Virus record (IMG/VR): IMGVR_UViG_3300023223_000669
Span: 32,001-96,000 of that record
From: a virus
Length of the DNA: 64,000 nt
Reading direction: 5' to 3' (one strand)
The translations under genes were made by a program, and so were the position numbers. The first letter of the stretch is position 1, and each line of letters begins with the position of its first letter. Below are positions 15,432 to 24,592 of this stretch, piece by piece. The notes beneath the pieces are model-generated. The model searched no databases, had not been told where the DNA came from, and worked only from the letters and a program-made list of their open reading frames with translations.

Positions 15432-15466
15432 GTGCCCCCTGCCATCGTGGCAGGGGGTACTTTTTT
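15432..15466 (+). terminator. terminator ending the rightward early block
   Basis: GTGCCCCCTGCCA-TCG-TGGCAGGGGGTAC-TTTTTT. Confidence 0.85.
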
Positions 15467-15544
15467 CATTCCAGCGGTCGGAAATTCTTTCCGGAAGGGG
15501 CCTGGTACCTCAACCACAGGGCAACATGAAAATCCAATTAATAG

Positions 15545-16183
15545 CTACTCATCCCTTTCGCTGTGCGACCAACTCCCATCCTCATTGATCATGACGACCA
15601 ATCGCCTCTTCGGCATCACCCCTTCCACAAGAGTCTTGTGGAAGAAGAATACTAGCTCCTGGAAGACCTCGCATGCTCTCTCGCGGCCCATTGTGTTATA
15701 CCGTTTCTCGGCTTGGCGATAGCCATGCCGAAACCAATCCATATAGTTGTATGGCATACGCGTATGCCGCGAGAAGGCTTGTCGTAAACGGGCCTCAATT
15801 ATAACGTCTAGATGAGGCTCGGGACTCCGCCTCTTTAGGGGCGGACACTTGGTTTTTACCATAGTCTCCACATTGGTTTTCAAGACCAAGTAATGATCGC
15901 GATGCACCCACCAGAATGGATTGCCCACGTCAAAGACCTTAGGAAACTTGATAACAAAATTCCCTGCCCTCATCCATTGTTCACAGCCATGAGCCATCGC
16001 TTCGTCTTCGAAGGACTGCATATCCCAATGGTCCATCGTGTCATGTGCTAGCCCCGGCACATAGGTAGAAGACCTATACGGCGGAACAGCACCAACGCGT
16101 TTCCAGCCATATCGCGTCCTTGCGTAAGGTAGATAATACTCACACGGCTCAGACTGGAATTCCGCTAGGATCATTAGTCCCAT
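15545..16183 (-). CDS. hypothetical protein
   Basis: 212 aa; GLAHDTMDH...EDEAMAHG possible metal site. Confidence 0.65.
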   Translation of the reverse strand: MGLMILAEFQSEPCEYYLPYARTRYGWKRVGAVPPYRSSTYVPGLAHDTMDHWDMQSFEDEAMAHGCEQWMRAGNFVIKFPKVFDVGNPFWWVHRDHYLVLKTNVETMVKTKCPPLKRRSPEPHLDVIIEARLRQAFSRHTRMPYNYMDWFRHGYRQAEKRYNTMGRERACEVFQELVFFFHKTLVEGVMPKRRLVVMINEDGSWSHSERDE

Positions 16184-16377
16184 CGCGGGCCATCTTTGTG
16201 ATTACCTTGCAAGGCGTTGACCACACGAGTACACTCGCTGAAACCCAAACCCGTATGTGCTCGTAGTCTGCGTACGGCGGTAACGTATTTGCCCTCTGAG
16301 ATCAATCGTGCCATCCGATCTAACAATGACTCGGGCTCGGGCTCCTCGCCCGGTGACGATGTAGTTTGTGTTGACAT
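16174..16377 (-). CDS. second L7/L12-CTD-like protein
   Basis: GKYVTAVRRLRAHTGLGFSECTRVV. Confidence 0.55.
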   Translation of the reverse strand: MSTQTTSSPGEEPEPESLLDRMARLISEGKYVTAVRRLRAHTGLGFSECTRVVNALQGNHKDGPRWD

Positions 16378-16594
16378 AAGGCGTCTGTCTCCTAATTTCT
16401 TCTCTGAATTTACGATACTTCTCTATTTCGACAGCCGCCTGCTGTCGAGAGGCGTTTTGGTATACGGTCATCTGCCTTGCGTATGAGCCATACTGCGAAT
16501 ACGCAGGCTGCGGCGGGCGAATAGTACTCTGGCCCTTAACAGAACTACAAAGCACGATTATTAGCAGAGCAAGCCATATAAGTTTGTTCTTCAT
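16202..16594 (-). CDS. putative secreted protein (overlaps previous ORF)
   Basis: MKNKLIWLALLIIVLCSSVKG signal peptide. Confidence 0.5.
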   Translation of the reverse strand: MKNKLIWLALLIIVLCSSVKGQSTIRPPQPAYSQYGSYARQMTVYQNASRQQAAVEIEKYRKFREEIRRQTPYVNTNYIVTGRGARARVIVRSDGTIDLRGQIRYRRTQTTSTYGFGFQRVYSCGQRLAR

Positions 16595-16595
16595 T

Positions 16596-16877
16596 TTAAG
16601 CTCCCTGCGGGGGCGTTAGTCCCCGCAACCAATATCCAGTGTCTACATAGTAGTTTCGTTGTGCAAGTATGATAGGTGTTTCCATCGTGCCCGGTTTTCC
16701 ATCGAACTTGTAGACAGCCTTTTCATTGGCTTCATCATATAGAATATCATAGGCGTGTTCGTTGCAACGATACGTCAGGAGTCGGATCGCAGGATCCTCC
16801 TCCTGGGCAGGCTCCGCCGCTCGCTCAAGCTCTTGAGCGAGTATTCGCTCAATGATAGCGTCTACATCACTCATCAT
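16596..16877 (-). CDS. hypothetical protein
   Basis: ORF in leftward run. Confidence 0.6.
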   Translation of the reverse strand: MMSDVDAIIERILAQELERAAEPAQEEDPAIRLLTYRCNEHAYDILYDEANEKAVYKFDGKPGTMETPIILAQRNYYVDTGYWLRGLTPPQGA

Positions 16878-17212
16878 CCAAGATCCGTATAGTTGATGTA
16901 GATTTCTTCGCCACTTCTGATGTATCGATTGGCATGGAATGAACCATAGTCATCGGGGACGACATTGGGTATATCCATATGATTGATATACCAACCAATC
17001 GACATACGATGCCAATTCCGAGGACACCACCACCCCTCGTCGGTTTGTAGGGCAAACCGACGAACGAAGAACGCATCCTCATCATCGAGTCGTTTCACAA
17101 GACGCCCACCGCCATCTGCGAACAGCGGCACGACAGTCCCTTTCTTAATTGGCTTGGTTGTAAATATTCCGACGCCTGCGTCGGAAATCTTACTTGGTTT
17201 TAGCATGAGCAT
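16874..17212 (-). CDS. SET-domain protein (putative lysine methyltransferase)
   Basis: GVGIFTTKPIKKG...YINHMDIPN...IRSGEEIYINY. Confidence 0.85.
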   Translation of the reverse strand: MLMLKPSKISDAGVGIFTTKPIKKGTVVPLFADGGGRLVKRLDDEDAFFVRRFALQTDEGWWCPRNWHRMSIGWYINHMDIPNVVPDDYGSFHANRYIRSGEEIYINYTDLG

Positions 17213-17510
17213 GGCGGCACCTACCAAATATAGAATTCAGAACTAGGACACAACAACACGAGTGCCGCCATACCCAAGATTAGAACAATTTTGATCTTCT
17301 GACCAAGTACAAAGTGTTCTTCTGTTTTATACATCATTACTCTCCAATTCGTCATCGGAGTGTCCACACTCCGGGCACTTTAGGACGGGACGAAGTTCCG
17401 TGTCTTTGGGCGATGGTCCGAAACATCCAAAGTCTCCTGACACAAAAGCCTTACCAGGTTTCATTTCTATCTTACAGCGGGGGCATTTCATTTGTCGCTA
17501 CGCTCCAAGT

Positions 17511-18491
17511 TTACTTGGGCCAAAATACTACCATAGCGTATCCTTCGTAACCGGCCGGATTCCGTTCAACCCGCCAACCGGAGAATCGTCTAATGAGATA
17601 CTCTTCGATATGCTCGTTACCTTTGGCGTCATCGAAACTCACCGAGAGGCCAGTCTTGTTTTCATATACCGTACCTGCAACAGAATCGTTGCGGCGAATA
17701 TACCAATCATCGAGCTTAGTCTCGATCCGTTTCTCCATCGCGTCCGCGATAGCTTGCTCCTCAGGCGTTAATTCAAGTAAATCAGCCAACTTCTCCGCCG
17801 CCTGAGTGGCGGTGACCATAGCTTCGCCGGTTGCTTCTACTTGCTTTCGTAGCTTCTCTAGGCGTTCAGCAGTTTCCGCGAGCCCACCCGTGGGCGGCTC
17901 AACCATGACGCCTTTGGCGAAAATATATTCGCCGGGGGCTTCTCCCGGCGGTACCCCTGTATCTGCGGGATCAGAAGACCGTTTAACGTTTCCTTTCGAA
18001 TCGACTGCGGACACTGTACGTCCGATGTTGGCTCTTATTGCCTTGCCGTTTTCATCAATCATTTTAATGAATGGACCATCTGGATCCTGAGGGGCATTCG
18101 GTCCCTCCTCAGGCATCTTAACGATATTTGTGATTATACGTCGAGGATCGATGATAGCTGTTTCATGCTTTTGCAGACCCTTTTTCAAGGCGTCCATATA
18201 CACTTCGTTCCGCTCGGCGGCAGTTTTCTTGCGTTCCTCAAACGCATCATCCAATGCTTTACTGTGATGCAATTCACAAAACGCCAGACCAGTTTGATCC
18301 GTCAATTGAATAGGAGCATCACCTATAGCATCCTGGTCGCAGTAGTCACATTTGACATTCTTCATAGGTAATCTCACTGTCTTTATCCATCCTCGTGCCT
18401 CGGCGTGCTCCTCACAAAACGAAATGAATTGTCGTTTCGTAATAGAGCCAAATGAACCAACGGCCAGTTTATTGCATAGCTGGCATTTCAT
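17511..18491 (-). CDS. hypothetical protein with two N-terminal Zn-finger-like units
   Basis: CQLC...FCEEH; CDYC...FCELH. Confidence 0.7.
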   Translation of the reverse strand: MKCQLCNKLAVGSFGSITKRQFISFCEEHAEARGWIKTVRLPMKNVKCDYCDQDAIGDAPIQLTDQTGLAFCELHHSKALDDAFEERKKTAAERNEVYMDALKKGLQKHETAIIDPRRIITNIVKMPEEGPNAPQDPDGPFIKMIDENGKAIRANIGRTVSAVDSKGNVKRSSDPADTGVPPGEAPGEYIFAKGVMVEPPTGGLAETAERLEKLRKQVEATGEAMVTATQAAEKLADLLELTPEEQAIADAMEKRIETKLDDWYIRRNDSVAGTVYENKTGLSVSFDDAKGNEHIEEYLIRRFSGWRVERNPAGYEGYAMVVFWPK

Positions 18492-18691
18492 TCTATCTTC
18501 TCCGCATCCACCACGGCCGACGAGACCTCATCGGTCGAGTCGGGCGTAAGCATAAGACCCTCTTGGGCCATTACGATAGCCTCCTCTTGAGAATTAGCTT
18601 CAACAAGATAATTCTCAAGAATCTGCTTTTCTAAGACAACTCGAAAGACGCTCATGATTTTCTCCATAGGCAACAGATAGCACAGAGACAC
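18488..18691 (-). CDS. hypothetical protein (DpnD/PcfM-like)
   Basis: YLVEANSQEEAI. Confidence 0.45.
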   Translation of the reverse strand: MSLCYLLPMEKIMSVFRVVLEKQILENYLVEANSQEEAIVMAQEGLMLTPDSTDEVSSAVVDAEKIE

Positions 18692-18785
18692 ACGGCAGCC
18701 ACATGCTCCAAGTGTCCTTTTGAAGCCTCCAATGACACCATTTGTACCAAAGTGGTGTCATTGAGATATGTCCAAAGTCGGTGGA

Positions 18786-19202
18786 TCATTCTCCGTGTCC
18801 TTTTGCAAGGTCCACTTCAACCATAGCATGATAGAGATTAATCTTAAGTCTTTTGATCTCTCCCGCTGGATCCCATAAACCATATGTCAAATGTACATCG
18901 GCTCTAGGATCCCTTACCCAAAATTCTACTTCCCAAAACCTAAGTCGTAACTTACCGTGTTCAGTTATCCATTGACCATTGATGTTATAACCGTCATAAC
19001 CAGCCTTTTGAAGCACACGATGAATTTTGTCGCGAGTATGACTAGCATCAACACGCACAATGGGAGACGTGAATGAATGCCCAGGGCCACCCTCACAAGA
19101 TGCAAAGGTCTTGATATCGCCCACCATCAGATCGTGAACAATAGGAGCGATCTGATCATCGCACATTGACGTAATGAGTCTGATTTTAGTTTCTTTCTTC
19201 AT
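18786..19202 (-). CDS. hypothetical protein, TYW3-like motif, paralog 1
   Basis: DDQIAPIV...KTFASCEGGPGH. Confidence 0.55.
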   Translation of the reverse strand: MKKETKIRLITSMCDDQIAPIVHDLMVGDIKTFASCEGGPGHSFTSPIVRVDASHTRDKIHRVLQKAGYDGYNINGQWITEHGKLRLRFWEVEFWVRDPRADVHLTYGLWDPAGEIKRLKINLYHAMVEVDLAKGHGE

Positions 19203-19371
19203 TTTTAAGAACCGCACATGCAGATCCGCGACCATCGCGATAGCGACGGATCTCAACCTCAGTTGTCGGGAAATACCGCTTCAAGAACGACATGACTTCA
19301 CGCTTGACGGTCCCTGCGACAAGCAGGGTGTCTTCCGCATAAGCAATATAGATGTAAGTTGATCTAGCCAT
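19186..19371 (-). CDS. hypothetical protein
   Basis: ORF in leftward run. Confidence 0.5.
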   Translation of the reverse strand: MARSTYIYIAYAEDTLLVAGTVKREVMSFLKRYFPTTEVEIRRYRDGRGSACAVLKNEERN

Positions 19372-19561
19372 CGCTATTCAAAGCCTTTGAGAAACCACAC
19401 GTAGTACAAATCAGGACACGATGAATGAATACGTTCAGCGAAATACCTTTCTCAAATTCGGGATGAGGGCATTGTGCTTGCAATTCTTTAGCTTCATCAA
19501 TGAGCTTCTGTGAAGCCGCACCAAGTTCATCTACGCGTTGTTTGATTTGTTCAGGAGTCAT
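19364..19561 (-). CDS. small protein with CPH...CTTC
   Basis: coiled coil plus Zn ribbon. Confidence 0.55.
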   Translation of the reverse strand: MTPEQIKQRVDELGAASQKLIDEAKELQAQCPHPEFEKGISLNVFIHRVLICTTCGFSKALNSDG

Positions 19562-19902
19562 TTGTTTTCGTCTAAAAGAAACCTAAGGCCCCACCACTCA
19601 ACCTCTAGAAAATCAAGTTTGTATTCTCGACAATAGATTTTGATATAAAATGCATCATAGCCTACCGCAGATAACACTTGATATGCTCGCCTACTGTCTT
19701 CATCAAGATCCTCGGAATGGAATCGTACTATAGGTTTATTGAAACAATGACCCTTGCCACCACTACAAGACGTAAACGTTTTGAAGCCTGCTTCGCGAAG
19801 CAGAGTGACAACGGGTCGGATTTCAACATCAACCTGAGTAATGTCGAATTCATGATCATCCATACACTTCATGGAGATAGGCGGTTCAGATTGTACCTTC
19901 AT
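19558..19902 (-). CDS. hypothetical protein, TYW3-like motif, paralog 2
   Basis: DVEIRPVV...KTFTSCSGGKGH. Confidence 0.55.
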   Translation of the reverse strand: MKVQSEPPISMKCMDDHEFDITQVDVEIRPVVTLLREAGFKTFTSCSGGKGHCFNKPIVRFHSEDLDEDSRRAYQVLSAVGYDAFYIKIYCREYKLDFLEVEWWGLRFLLDENK

Positions 19903-19906
19903 GCCA

Positions 19907-20986
19907 TTAAAACCCTACCGCCGCAAGACCAAATTGACGACTGATATCAACTTCATTTTTCATATATCGTTTCCCGTACTTCTGCATATCAATATGTTGT
20001 CTAAGCTTCATAAGCTCCGCTTGTTTCACCGTTGACATGCCTTGAAACTGATCAACGAAGTGCCGTTCTTCATATTGCCATTGTGTCCATAGATTCAAGG
20101 CATATTCATACATCAATGGTTCAAGATAAATGAAATCAAAACAACGTCCGTCGCGTGTTAAGGCTGGATCAACTGTTACCAGTTGTTGATTTGTTGTAAT
20201 AATAATTTTGGCACGTCCCTCAAACAATCCATCAGAATATGATAGCAAATGTGACAGGAATTTTTTGCCCTTTTCAGTCTCACGATTTAGTAAATCAACA
20301 TTGATATCGTCAAGAACTAATGCATGAAACTCGCCGAATGTAACAGCGTGCCAAAAAGCATCTGCTAACAAAATATCTTCACTATTGACATAACCAACAG
20401 TATCACCCAAGTATTGACGCAACAACAATTTAATAAAAGTGGTCTTGCCAACACCCGGTTCTCCTGCCAACACTAGTAATGATTCTGATGATGCTTGATA
20501 ATCCTCAACCAACATTGTACTGTCAATATTGGGATATAGATTTGGATCTATAACAAATTCGTCTGGACTAATGTTTTTAATGTTCCAGGAGTCTGGTTTA
20601 TAAAAAAATCGTAATGAGACTTGATCTTTCTCATCAGGAAAAGCCATATATGTACTTATAGACTTTAGAAAATCATATGTGTCTTCATCACTAACCATCT
20701 TAGTAAAAACAAAAGCAATCGTGTGAGAGAACATCAAGTAGATATCTTCCAGATCAACAAAAACGACATGATACGGTGAACTAAAATCAGCAAATCGATG
20801 AATAGCTTTTGCCGTTACAGCAAGATGATCTAGAATCACATTAACATCTTTTACTTCTATTTGGGTTATATAACGATACCCTTCATACCGCAGCGATGTT
20901 ATTTTAGACTGAATAGTATGAGACGGCGACATTTGGGTCGCGTAAGGAACACATTCAATAGGCGGTTTTTGATATTCTATTTTCAT
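19907..20986 (-). CDS. AAA+ family ATPase
   Basis: GEPGVGKT, LVLDD, IIITTN, LTRDGRCF. Confidence 0.9.
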   Translation of the reverse strand: MKIEYQKPPIECVPYATQMSPSHTIQSKITSLRYEGYRYITQIEVKDVNVILDHLAVTAKAIHRFADFSSPYHVVFVDLEDIYLMFSHTIAFVFTKMVSDEDTYDFLKSISTYMAFPDEKDQVSLRFFYKPDSWNIKNISPDEFVIDPNLYPNIDSTMLVEDYQASSESLLVLAGEPGVGKTTFIKLLLRQYLGDTVGYVNSEDILLADAFWHAVTFGEFHALVLDDINVDLLNRETEKGKKFLSHLLSYSDGLFEGRAKIIITTNQQLVTVDPALTRDGRCFDFIYLEPLMYEYALNLWTQWQYEERHFVDQFQGMSTVKQAELMKLRQHIDMQKYGKRYMKNEVDISRQFGLAAVGF

Positions 20987-21309
20987 CGGTTTATTAGATA
21001 AATTGAATCGAGTTTTAAGCCAGAGGCTATCTCTAGAAAGTCTTTACAAGTCCAATCTGCAATAGCATATGAACGACGGCCATTTGTTCCACTAAGAATA
21101 TATTTAGATGATTGTCCACAACCACAACAACAAAATTGGTAATTAAAGAACCATGTCCTGCTTGGTCGTGCCATCACGCCTTCAATTTTCCAAGCAGAAT
21201 ACCAACGGCCAACAATGGCCAAGCGATCATGCTCATGGCAAGAGTCATAAAGCCATAGGACGGCAGAAATCGCGTGAACCACACACCCACCAGGAGATAA
21301 AGAACAATT

Positions 21310-21948
21310 TCAAGCATCGTTCCAACCTCGCGGAGCGAGAATATATCGCAGATCACCCGTAAGCTCTACGGGGCCGCCATACGTATCCACTCCTACATCG
21401 TAACGATTCTCTACATGCGGCAGATGAGATTTCGTCCATACGCCATTCGGGAATACCGTATGTTCCTCTGTTACCCGCTCGGGCGTGGGCACGACTTCGA
21501 CGTGAACATGCCCATGCAGACGCACAGAGCCATGGAACCGGCCATTCCAATCACCCATAGGATAATGGCACATTACGAACGAGGTCCCCTCGTGAGTAAG
21601 CTCGTATATATCGGGCAGAATATCAACATACAAGTCTTCGTAGTCCTCTACGATCTTTTTTAAGCCAAGCTGCTTATATTTCTTATTGGGCTGATCATGA
21701 TTCCCAGGAATCATTAGCTTATAACCATTGAGTTGACGAAGGATGTCTAGCACAAACTGCTCGTCTACTCCTGGTCCCATAGCAAGGTCCCCGAGGAAGT
21801 ATACTACATCCTCGGGAGTTACCCGAGAATTCCACCGCTCGATGAGAGCGGCGTTCATTACTACGACAGACTCAAACGGTCTGTCGCAGTAGCGAATGAT
21901 ATTTTTGTGCCCGAAATGCGTGTCCGAGCACATGAAGACTTTACTCAT
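21310..21948 (-). CDS. calcineurin-like metallophosphoesterase
   Basis: SDTHFGH, LGD, GNHD, HYP, HGHVH. Confidence 0.92.
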   Translation of the reverse strand: MSKVFMCSDTHFGHKNIIRYCDRPFESVVVMNAALIERWNSRVTPEDVVYFLGDLAMGPGVDEQFVLDILRQLNGYKLMIPGNHDQPNKKYKQLGLKKIVEDYEDLYVDILPDIYELTHEGTSFVMCHYPMGDWNGRFHGSVRLHGHVHVEVVPTPERVTEEHTVFPNGVWTKSHLPHVENRYDVGVDTYGGPVELTGDLRYILAPRGWNDA

Positions 21949-22342
21949 GATTCTGATTTGGCACTCGGGCGTTCGGTTCCATGTAAGCAGATTTAACGCC
22001 CGTGCTGTTCGGCATCATAATGAGTTCAAAAAATTCGTCCAGATAAGGGTCCTGGCGATTAGCCAGATACTCGCGAGCTTGCCCCATTCTAGAAGCGTCT
22101 CCGGATAGCCAAGCCAGCATTGTTTTGTCGAAGGACTGAATCAATCTGCGACGGATATCCTCAGCGTCCGTTGAAGAAATAGTAATGTGAGGAACTTGGT
22201 CATGTTCATACGGCTTGTTCCAAACACAAAGAGCCGTAGTGAGTGTAATACCCTCTGGCCGGATAACCGGCTGTTCGTTCTTTTGAGGGCGACGAACGAA
22301 CGGCAGGAAGCCGAAAAGACCCATGAAAAATCGTCTGTTCAT
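21941..22342 (-). CDS. hypothetical protein
   Basis: ORF in leftward run. Confidence 0.55.
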   Translation of the reverse strand: MNRRFFMGLFGFLPFVRRPQKNEQPVIRPEGITLTTALCVWNKPYEHDQVPHITISSTDAEDIRRRLIQSFDKTMLAWLSGDASRMGQAREYLANRQDPYLDEFFELIMMPNSTGVKSAYMEPNARVPNQNHE

Positions 22343-22343
22343 T

Positions 22344-22625
22344 CTATTTTACCTGTTGATTCTGAGGCCAAGACATTGATTCGGCCATTTGATCTTCGGT
22401 CATCCAGAAGCGACCATCGCCGCCGTTTAAGATGCCAACGAGATACCTGTCTGTTACTTCATCGATATAAAGGAAACGACCAGCCATCATGAATATGTGT
22501 CCAGCCTCATACCTTGGCATTCCGGATACAAACGGAAGAGTCCAATCTATTTCTTGCTCTGGCGTCTGACAAGACGCCGCAGTATACCCGATAATTGCCA
22601 CGATGGCAAGTAAAATCTTAGACAT
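22344..22625 (-). CDS. putative lipoprotein
   Basis: hydrophobic leader ending AASC. Confidence 0.5.
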   Translation of the reverse strand: MSKILLAIVAIIGYTAASCQTPEQEIDWTLPFVSGMPRYEAGHIFMMAGRFLYIDEVTDRYLVGILNGGDGRFWMTEDQMAESMSWPQNQQVK

Positions 22626-22830
22626 GTTTCTTCCAAATTGTGTCCATATAGTCTATCATGTCATCAATAGATTCGCGACTGTTGATGCTTGGGAAGCGAC
22701 CTTGCAGCATACGGCGAGCCTCGGTCAAACATCTGAGTATTTGACGGAGTGAATCTTTAGGCATGTCGTCTATCGGCTGTAAGGCCGGGAACACAGTGGT
22801 CGATCCATCAATGTGTTTCCAAGTAATCAT
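22618..22830 (-). CDS. hypothetical protein
   Basis: ORF in leftward run. Confidence 0.5.
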   Translation of the reverse strand: MITWKHIDGSTTVFPALQPIDDMPKDSLRQILRCLTEARRMLQGRFPSINSRESIDDMIDYMDTIWKKHV

Positions 22831-23810
22831 TATACAATGATCCTTTCGTCAGCAATATAGTCACACATGATCTCCACGAGGAAGTTGTCCCAAAATTTCA
22901 TATCTACCTTGTCAGGCAGATCACTCTCGCTGGCTAGTCGTTCCACGAACGCGAGGTCGTGATCTAAGATACGTTGGACATATTCAAGCGGACGTTCGCC
23001 TCGTTTGATGGCGAGCAACAAGGGAGCATCTATGAGTGGGAAATACACACGACCATAGGTCAGGATCTCAATCAATTCCTTAGACACCCGAACCGCGTGG
23101 CTAAGGGCCTTCCAATCAACGCCGCCCGCTTCGCGTGCAGCGTTAGCTCTCTTGCCGTAACGATCCAGAGTATTACATACGGCTTCATGCACAAGATACA
23201 GTGGCGTGCTTTCACCGAACCATTTACCTGCAATCTGTAGCTCACGGATACCTTGCGGATTCGTACGTTCGTCGTCCTTCGGTAGTTTGTCCCAACCACA
23301 CCAACTCAATAGTGGTACTGTGTCACCAACAAGACAATCCGGCACTACTAAAGCGTCACGAAACTCGATTAGCTTATCTAGCCTCGATCCTTTCAGACTG
23401 TATTTCGTGGCTTGCCCACGAGCGTAACCAATAAACGCATTCATTTTCTTGCTCAGGAGCAAGGAACGATGCTCCTGAATACGATCCCACACCCATCCAT
23501 AGTCCCCTCGGAAAGTGCAACTTTCCGGTGCGAAAAGCATATCGATAGCTACGGTTTGCCCCTGCGTTGCCAAACGCAAGAAGTGATGTAAACTATAATA
23601 CTCACAGTCTAGCTCGCCCGCTTTGTTTTTACGGGTGTCGTCCTTAGGCGTGGAGGCGGCAGTTTTTGGGATCCTGCCCAAAAAGATCTGTTCCACCGTA
23701 GGTAGAAAGATCCCCTTGAAATCGAGATCAGATGTCTCGGTCGCCGTCCCATACAGGTGGCTACCGAACGTCGTCTCGCAAATCAGGTTCGTTGGTTTTT
23801 CAGTCATCAC
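22830..23810 (-). CDS. Pol-beta superfamily nucleotidyltransferase (PF10127/RlaP-like)
   Basis: FGSHLYGTATETSDLDFKGIF...DWKALSHAVR. Confidence 0.88.
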   Translation of the reverse strand: MMTEKPTNLICETTFGSHLYGTATETSDLDFKGIFLPTVEQIFLGRIPKTAASTPKDDTRKNKAGELDCEYYSLHHFLRLATQGQTVAIDMLFAPESCTFRGDYGWVWDRIQEHRSLLLSKKMNAFIGYARGQATKYSLKGSRLDKLIEFRDALVVPDCLVGDTVPLLSWCGWDKLPKDDERTNPQGIRELQIAGKWFGESTPLYLVHEAVCNTLDRYGKRANAAREAGGVDWKALSHAVRVSKELIEILTYGRVYFPLIDAPLLLAIKRGERPLEYVQRILDHDLAFVERLASESDLPDKVDMKFWDNFLVEIMCDYIADERIIV

Positions 23811-24111
23811 CAGGAACCAAATCCAGATCCAAGGCTTCTCTCAGGTCACGATCTAATGCAATCCTATCCAACATGTCCTGGATTTGTCCAGCCGTTGCTA
23901 TGGATTCTTCGCCTTGGTCATTGGTAAACGTATAAATACGCACAACCTCAGAACTTGTAAGAATATACACATGGGAACCATGTATGTCGCACGGAGTATC
24001 AAGCACAGGCCCTTCTTCAAACACGACGGGTACAATGTCATCAGCGGTAACTAGCGGCGTAGTAGAGCAGCCAAGAACAGCTACAAGACTAAGGAGTAAA
24101 AGATTTCGCAT
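23800..24111 (-). CDS. putative lipoprotein
   Basis: MRNLLLLSLVAVLGC lipobox. Confidence 0.6.
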   Translation of the reverse strand: MRNLLLLSLVAVLGCSTTPLVTADDIVPVVFEEGPVLDTPCDIHGSHVYILTSSEVVRIYTFTNDQGEESIATAGQIQDMLDRIALDRDLREALDLDLVPGDD

Positions 24112-24592
24112 TTCTAATTATATCATCAGGATTGAATTTATGGACCGTGCGGCCCCTGATTCCCGCATAGTCTAAACAGTTTTTCGTACCACCCTTGGCT
24201 CCATTCCAGTAGGCAGCCAACTCATCACAATTGTCTACCATCCATTCGTTGCGTGTCTGTAATTTCGACGCAGCATATCCAGGCTCGCAAATATACAACA
24301 CCTGGGTACATTTGTCAAGTAATTTCTGGTATTCTTGTCGCGAAACACCAGGCCACTTCGCGTCATACCCTTCAAATGGTAGAGCAACAGTTACAGGCAA
24401 ATCTAGATGAAAACCGACTTCAATCCAAAACTGATCAATACCCAAGGCTCCCCCGGAGATCAACCCGGGTCGCTCCTCAGGCAATGCCTGTAGGAAGTCT
24501 CGCATATGTCTACGGATAGCCCGAAAATTCTCGTGGGCATCATAGCCACCAAGCTTATCCGGTCTATGTCCTGTCACCGCGTATGTTGTCAT
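24089..24592 (-). CDS. SLOG family (YspA/DUF1273-like) protein
   Basis: VTGHRP, ISGGALGIDQ, RNEWMVDN, GGTKN. Confidence 0.88.
   Translation of the reverse strand: MTTYAVTGHRPDKLGGYDAHENFRAIRRHMRDFLQALPEERPGLISGGALGIDQFWIEVGFHLDLPVTVALPFEGYDAKWPGVSRQEYQKLLDKCTQVLYICEPGYAASKLQTRNEWMVDNCDELAAYWNGAKGGTKNCLDYAGIRGRTVHKFNPDDIIRNAKSFTP

Noticed and set aside
15439-15453. CTGCC-N5-GGCAG match
   Set aside because: Forms the core of an ordinary terminator stem, so it is not counted as an operator.
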